A stretch of 64,000 nucleotides of DNA from a virus, in IMG/VR virus record IMGVR_UViG_3300022689_000116, positions 1 through 64,000 of that record, one strand, 5' to 3'. Position 1 is the stretch's first letter. Each line of letters starts with the position of its first letter. The notes under the pieces were generated by a model. That model had not been told where the DNA came from, did not search any database, and worked only from the letters and a program-made list of their open reading frames with translations. Positions 60,460 through 64,000 of this stretch are shown one piece after another. The position numbers were made by a program, and so were the translations under genes.

Positions 60460-60748
60460 GTTTACAGATGCTAAATGTAAGGATGATTTAAATCATATTA
60501 CTAAAGTTGAACTTCAGAAGATTAATGTAAAGGTTTCTTCCGATGTTATTAAAAGAGTAATATCCAGTAGAAGTAAAAGTCTTATAAAGGCTATTGAAAC
60601 TAAACGTAAATTCATGCTTACGGGTATTGGTAGATTTCAAATTAAGAAGTATAGAGAAATGTATCTTCATAAAGATAATAAAGTAAATACTACAGAATAT
60701 ACTAAGGATGTTTTTTTAAATAATTTTAAAGTTAAAGATAATGTTTAA
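60440..60748 (+). CDS. HU/IHF-like DNA-binding protein
   Basis: Helical N-half then KFMLTGIGRFQIKK, matching the HU beta-strand motif. Confidence 0.6.
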   Translation: MEYMEYKFTDAKCKDDLNHITKVELQKINVKVSSDVIKRVISSRSKSLIKAIETKRKFMLTGIGRFQIKKYREMYLHKDNKVNTTEYTKDVFLNNFKVKDNV

Positions 60749-61361
60749 TTTTATAAAGTTAGTAGAAGGAGAAATAGAGATTATAAGAGATGAGTTTTTA
60801 CTTATACCAGAAGGTCTTGAAGTTATTAAAAAAGATAAAGGTGGTGTGTTTTTTGGAGATAGTGAAGGTCGTAATAAATTATATGCTAAAAAGCAATTTG
60901 CTCTAGCATGGTGGATTGTTGATGTTAATAGTCCTGCTAATCTTGCCGGACTTACAGAAGTTGAAGCTATGCGTGATGGTATAACTAATCTTGGCTTTCC
61001 TGATGATTGGACTCCTGATGGTACATTTACTATATTTCTAAAAGCTTATAAAAGAGAGTATGATAAGTATATTGTTACCAATGTTGTAAAAGAACTTCTA
61101 CGATCTTTTAAAACTACCAGTTTAAGTATTAAGAAAATACGTAAGAATATTGATAGACTTTTAGCTCTATCTGAACTTACAGCCGAAGATACTAAAACGC
61201 TATTAGCTTCTAATAAAGAATTACAGTCACTTGCCGGGGAACTTCCTAAACATATACGTAATCTTAAAGAAGCTAGTGAAGAATCTAGAATAGAACAGAA
61301 ATCTGGTCGTATTGCTAGAGGTGGAGTTCAAATTACTAAAAGTATGCAACCTGAAAATTAA
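60741..61361 (+). CDS. conserved hypothetical protein
   Basis: 206 aa; helical C-terminus ending in ARGG. Confidence 0.75.
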   Translation: MFNFIKLVEGEIEIIRDEFLLIPEGLEVIKKDKGGVFFGDSEGRNKLYAKKQFALAWWIVDVNSPANLAGLTEVEAMRDGITNLGFPDDWTPDGTFTIFLKAYKREYDKYIVTNVVKELLRSFKTTSLSIKKIRKNIDRLLALSELTAEDTKTLLASNKELQSLAGELPKHIRNLKEASEESRIEQKSGRIARGGVQITKSMQPEN

Positions 61362-61365
61362 TATA

Positions 61366-61506
61366 ATGGAAGAAATAGGAACAATGTTAGCAGGATTTTT
61401 ATTAGTAATCGTGCTAGGAATATTAAGCTATCTGTTTATAGAACATATATTAATTTTTATAATAATTGCAATAATCTTAATTATAATATTAGTAAATAAA
61501 AAATAA
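61366..61506 (+). CDS. small hydrophobic membrane peptide
   Basis: 46 aa, nearly all hydrophobic; fills the gap exactly. Confidence 0.55.
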   Translation: MEEIGTMLAGFLLVIVLGILSYLFIEHILIFIIIAIILIIILVNKK

Positions 61507-62499
61507 ATGGAAAAGAGAATATTATATTTTTATCCTGATAATCATAGATATACAGATGATGCTAACAGAGATTATATTTCTGTTACTACTTTGATTGATG
61601 AATATGTTCCTAAGTTTGATAAAAAGAAAATGGCTAGAGAAATGGCTCGTAGAGGTAAAGGAATATATAAAGGTAAAAGTACTGGTGAGATTATTAATAT
61701 GTGGAATGATATTACAGAAAACGCTCTAGATAAAGGTAATAGAAAACATAATCGACTTGAAGAGAATGTTAAAGATACTAATAACTTTAATAAAGCAATA
61801 AAGACACTTATATATCGTGATACAACTAGTAATCGTTTATACACTATTGATGATATTATGGTAGATCATAGTTATGGTTCTGTTGATCTTCCTAGATTTA
61901 AGGAACTTATATACGAAGATTATCCTAAAATTTATGATGCTATTAAATATTATGTAGATCGTGGATATAAAGCTTATCCTGAACTTGGTATATATAATAG
62001 TGATTTTAATATAACTGGACTTATTGACTTACCTCTTGTTAATTTTGATCTTGGTAAGTTTGTTGTACTTGATTGGAAAACTAATAAACATGATATGAAA
62101 TTCGAGTCTGGTTATTATAAAAAAGATAACGATCTTCAATATACTGATAAATGGGTTAAATCTTATAAGCATTTTCTTGCTCCTTTAGATGGTTTAGAGT
62201 ATTGTACTGGAAATAAATATTCAATGCAATTAAGTACTTATTCCAGACTTCTTGAATATTTTGGTTTTACTTGTGAAGGTATTATTTTAGTTCATATAAG
62301 GGATGCTTATGTTTTAAATAAATATGGTATGCCTTTTAGAGATGAAACTGGAGATTTTATTGTTGATACTACTAAGAAAGAAAGAGTTGAACTTCACTGG
62401 ATTAATTATATGCGTCAAAATGTAAACAATATGATTAATCATTATTATAATAAAACAGTTGGTGCATATAATAAAGATAATTACAGAATTAATTTTTAA
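61507..62499 (+). CDS. PD-(D/E)xK nuclease
   Basis: YISVTTLI, G...H..LE, PE..IY, GLIDL, LDWKTN and YSMQLSTY. Confidence 0.85.
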   Translation: MEKRILYFYPDNHRYTDDANRDYISVTTLIDEYVPKFDKKKMAREMARRGKGIYKGKSTGEIINMWNDITENALDKGNRKHNRLEENVKDTNNFNKAIKTLIYRDTTSNRLYTIDDIMVDHSYGSVDLPRFKELIYEDYPKIYDAIKYYVDRGYKAYPELGIYNSDFNITGLIDLPLVNFDLGKFVVLDWKTNKHDMKFESGYYKKDNDLQYTDKWVKSYKHFLAPLDGLEYCTGNKYSMQLSTYSRLLEYFGFTCEGIILVHIRDAYVLNKYGMPFRDETGDFIVDTTKKERVELHWINYMRQNVNNMINHYYNKTVGAYNKDNYRINF

Positions 62500-62502
62500 G
62501 CT

Positions 62503-63045
62503 ATGAATAAAGCAGTATTTTGTGATTTAGATGATACTTTGATTAAAGTTAAGTCTAATAATAAGTTTCCTAAAACAATTGATGATTGGGAGCTTAGGAC
62601 AGAAGTTCTTGATTCGTTATATACTTATATGTCTAATAATCTTATAGGACTTATTTGTATTGTTACTAATCAAGGTGGTGTACAAGCGGGATTTTGGAAG
62701 AAAGAACAAATTGATAGTAAGCTTGAAGCCGTTCGTAATGCTGTTCATAAATATTTTATTGAAAAATATAATTATAGAATAGATACAGATTATGGTGTTT
62801 CATATACTACTAATCCGAATGATTTTATGCGTAAACCTAATCCTGGACTTGGCTATCAATTAGCTACTAGGAATAGAGTTTTTTTAAGTCGTTGTATAAT
62901 GATTGGAGATGCCGATGGTGGTGAAGATAGTCATTCTTCTGATGATGTAGATTTTGCTAATAATTGTGTTATGAATTTTTGGTCTGTTGATAACTTTGTT
63001 AATATATATTCTAATGATCTATATATAACACCAACACTTTTTTAA
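62503..63045 (+). CDS. HAD-IIIA hydrolase, polynucleotide 3'-phosphatase-like
   Basis: DLDDTL, VTNQGG, RKPNPG and IGDADG..SSDD. Confidence 0.88.
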   Translation: MNKAVFCDLDDTLIKVKSNNKFPKTIDDWELRTEVLDSLYTYMSNNLIGLICIVTNQGGVQAGFWKKEQIDSKLEAVRNAVHKYFIEKYNYRIDTDYGVSYTTNPNDFMRKPNPGLGYQLATRNRVFLSRCIMIGDADGGEDSHSSDDVDFANNCVMNFWSVDNFVNIYSNDLYITPTLF

Positions 63046-63046
63046 A

Positions 63047-63211
63047 ATGAAATTAATAATAAACTTTAAGGATAACGTTAGTGAGAAAGATATTCAACTT
63101 ATAAAGAGTTTTATTTGTAATGAAATATATCTTAATAAGAGGGTTTCTAGTATTCATAAATTTAGAGATCAAATTGAAAGTTTTGAATTTATTAAAATTG
63201 CAAAGAAATGA
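63047..63211 (+). CDS. small hypothetical protein (54 aa, not in ORF track)
   Basis: MKLIINFKD...AKK*; ATGA overlap with the next gene. Confidence 0.6.
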   Translation: MKLIINFKDNVSEKDIQLIKSFICNEIYLNKRVSSIHKFRDQIESFEFIKIAKK

Positions 63212-63909
63212 ATAATTTATACAGGAAGATTACAAGTATTGAAGCTTTAATAGATTATATGAATTTTAAAAAATATAATGTTGATGATGATATTAATATT
63301 GTCAATATTCGTTCTAATATAACAAAAGCTGGTGATTTTGATGATCTTCAAATACTTTTTTATAAAGATAAAGATAAGTGGTATTTCATCAAGTTTGAAG
63401 TAACTACTGACCCAGGGATTTATTATCTTATTAATCCAATGCGTAAATCTGGTGCTGCAATTGTTCTTGAAGGTCAATATTGGAGAGTTTGGAAAATAGG
63501 TTTACATAGAGGTAAATATGAAGCCCTTGTTCAATCTAAACCAATAATTGTTGTACGAGATAATAATAAAGATGCTGTGTTAGATATGCCTGGCGATGAT
63601 GTGTGGTCTGTAAAAAATAATATGGATAATAATGATTTAAAACAACTTGTTTATAATGATATAACTACGGGTAAAGATGTTGTGTTAGAAAGAGGTATGT
63701 TTGGTATTAATTGTCATCGTGCTTCATCTTATAGGATACTTGATAAAATAGGTCGTTATAGTGCTGGTTGTTGTGTTCATAAAGATCCTGTTTTATTTAA
63801 ACGATTTATAGATCATGTTAAAGTTATTGCTGGTAATAGTTCATTTGATGCTACTTGGATTGATGAACGTTCTTTAGATAAATTTTTAATTGATACTTAT
63901 AAAAAATAA
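63208..63909 (+). CDS. L,D-transpeptidase (YkuD)-fold protein, putative peptidoglycan hydrolase/endolysin
   Basis: TTDPG, GINCHRA and YSAGC (H...SxGC catalytic motif). Confidence 0.65.
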   Translation: MNNLYRKITSIEALIDYMNFKKYNVDDDINIVNIRSNITKAGDFDDLQILFYKDKDKWYFIKFEVTTDPGIYYLINPMRKSGAAIVLEGQYWRVWKIGLHRGKYEALVQSKPIIVVRDNNKDAVLDMPGDDVWSVKNNMDNNDLKQLVYNDITTGKDVVLERGMFGINCHRASSYRILDKIGRYSAGCCVHKDPVLFKRFIDHVKVIAGNSSFDATWIDERSLDKFLIDTYKK

Positions 63910-63915
63910 AAAAAA

Positions 63916-64000
63916 ATGAAAAAACTTAATTCTGTTGAAACTGCTTTTGAAAATTTAAAACTTAGTACTGGTAAAGGTGCTAGTGAACATACTGATAAGT
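63916..64000 (+). CDS. 5' end of a hypothetical protein (partial)
   Basis: ATG after an A-rich leader, open to the window end. Confidence 0.5.
   Translation, partial: MKKLNSVETAFENLKLSTGKGASEHTDK

Noticed and set aside
476-63477. Many 60-110-aa antisense or alternate-frame ORFs in the track (e.g. 476-796, 13177-13500, 20717-21019, 43721-44044)
   Set aside because: They lie within longer genes and have the Ile/Phe/Leu/Met-rich composition expected of shadow frames in AT-rich DNA.
1-64000. Stop-codon reassignment (TAG or TGA), known in some crAss-like phages
   Set aside because: Very long genes (up to 4496 aa) are intact and tightly packed under the standard code; no fragmentation is seen.
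1-64000. tRNA genes, CRISPR arrays, DGR/reverse transcriptase, integrase, introns or inteins
   Set aside because: No cloverleaf with a T-loop motif, no regular repeat-spacer array, no RT or recombinase motifs, and polB, primase and vRNAP appear uninterrupted. Checked by eye only.

Overview
AT-rich window of a crAss-like phage (Crassvirales) of a Bacteroidota host, readable with the standard bacterial genetic code. Three blocks are visible. (1) 1-33862 (+): accessory and exported proteins, then tail ring, IHF-like, tubular and muzzle genes, cargo proteins and a 4496-aa virion RNA polymerase with a DFDVD catalytic loop and an HExxH zincin motif. (2) 34137-59300 (-): replication and nucleotide metabolism genes (dUTPase, DUF932, Gp157, dNMP kinase, DUF550-like, DEDDh exonuclease, ATP-dependent ligase, primase, RecT-like, SF2 and Dda-like helicases, PolB, UDG-like), then many small genes and structured intergenic DNA. 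(3) 59815-64000 (+): HU-like protein, PD-(D/E)xK nuclease, 3'-phosphatase and an L,D-transpeptidase-fold putative lysin. The most notable observations are: a fibre-like lectin protein with a Bacteroidota signal peptide and 14 host-type O-glycosylation sequons, next to a second exported beta-helix protein; a dispersed TAC[A/C]GGGAAA motif in at least 8 copies; apparently Cys-free ejection proteins except for one tail/head Cys pair; a degenerate macro-like domain inserted in the vRNAP; and a homopolymer frameshift in a paralogous small gene. All assignments come from motif recognition by eye; no searches were run.
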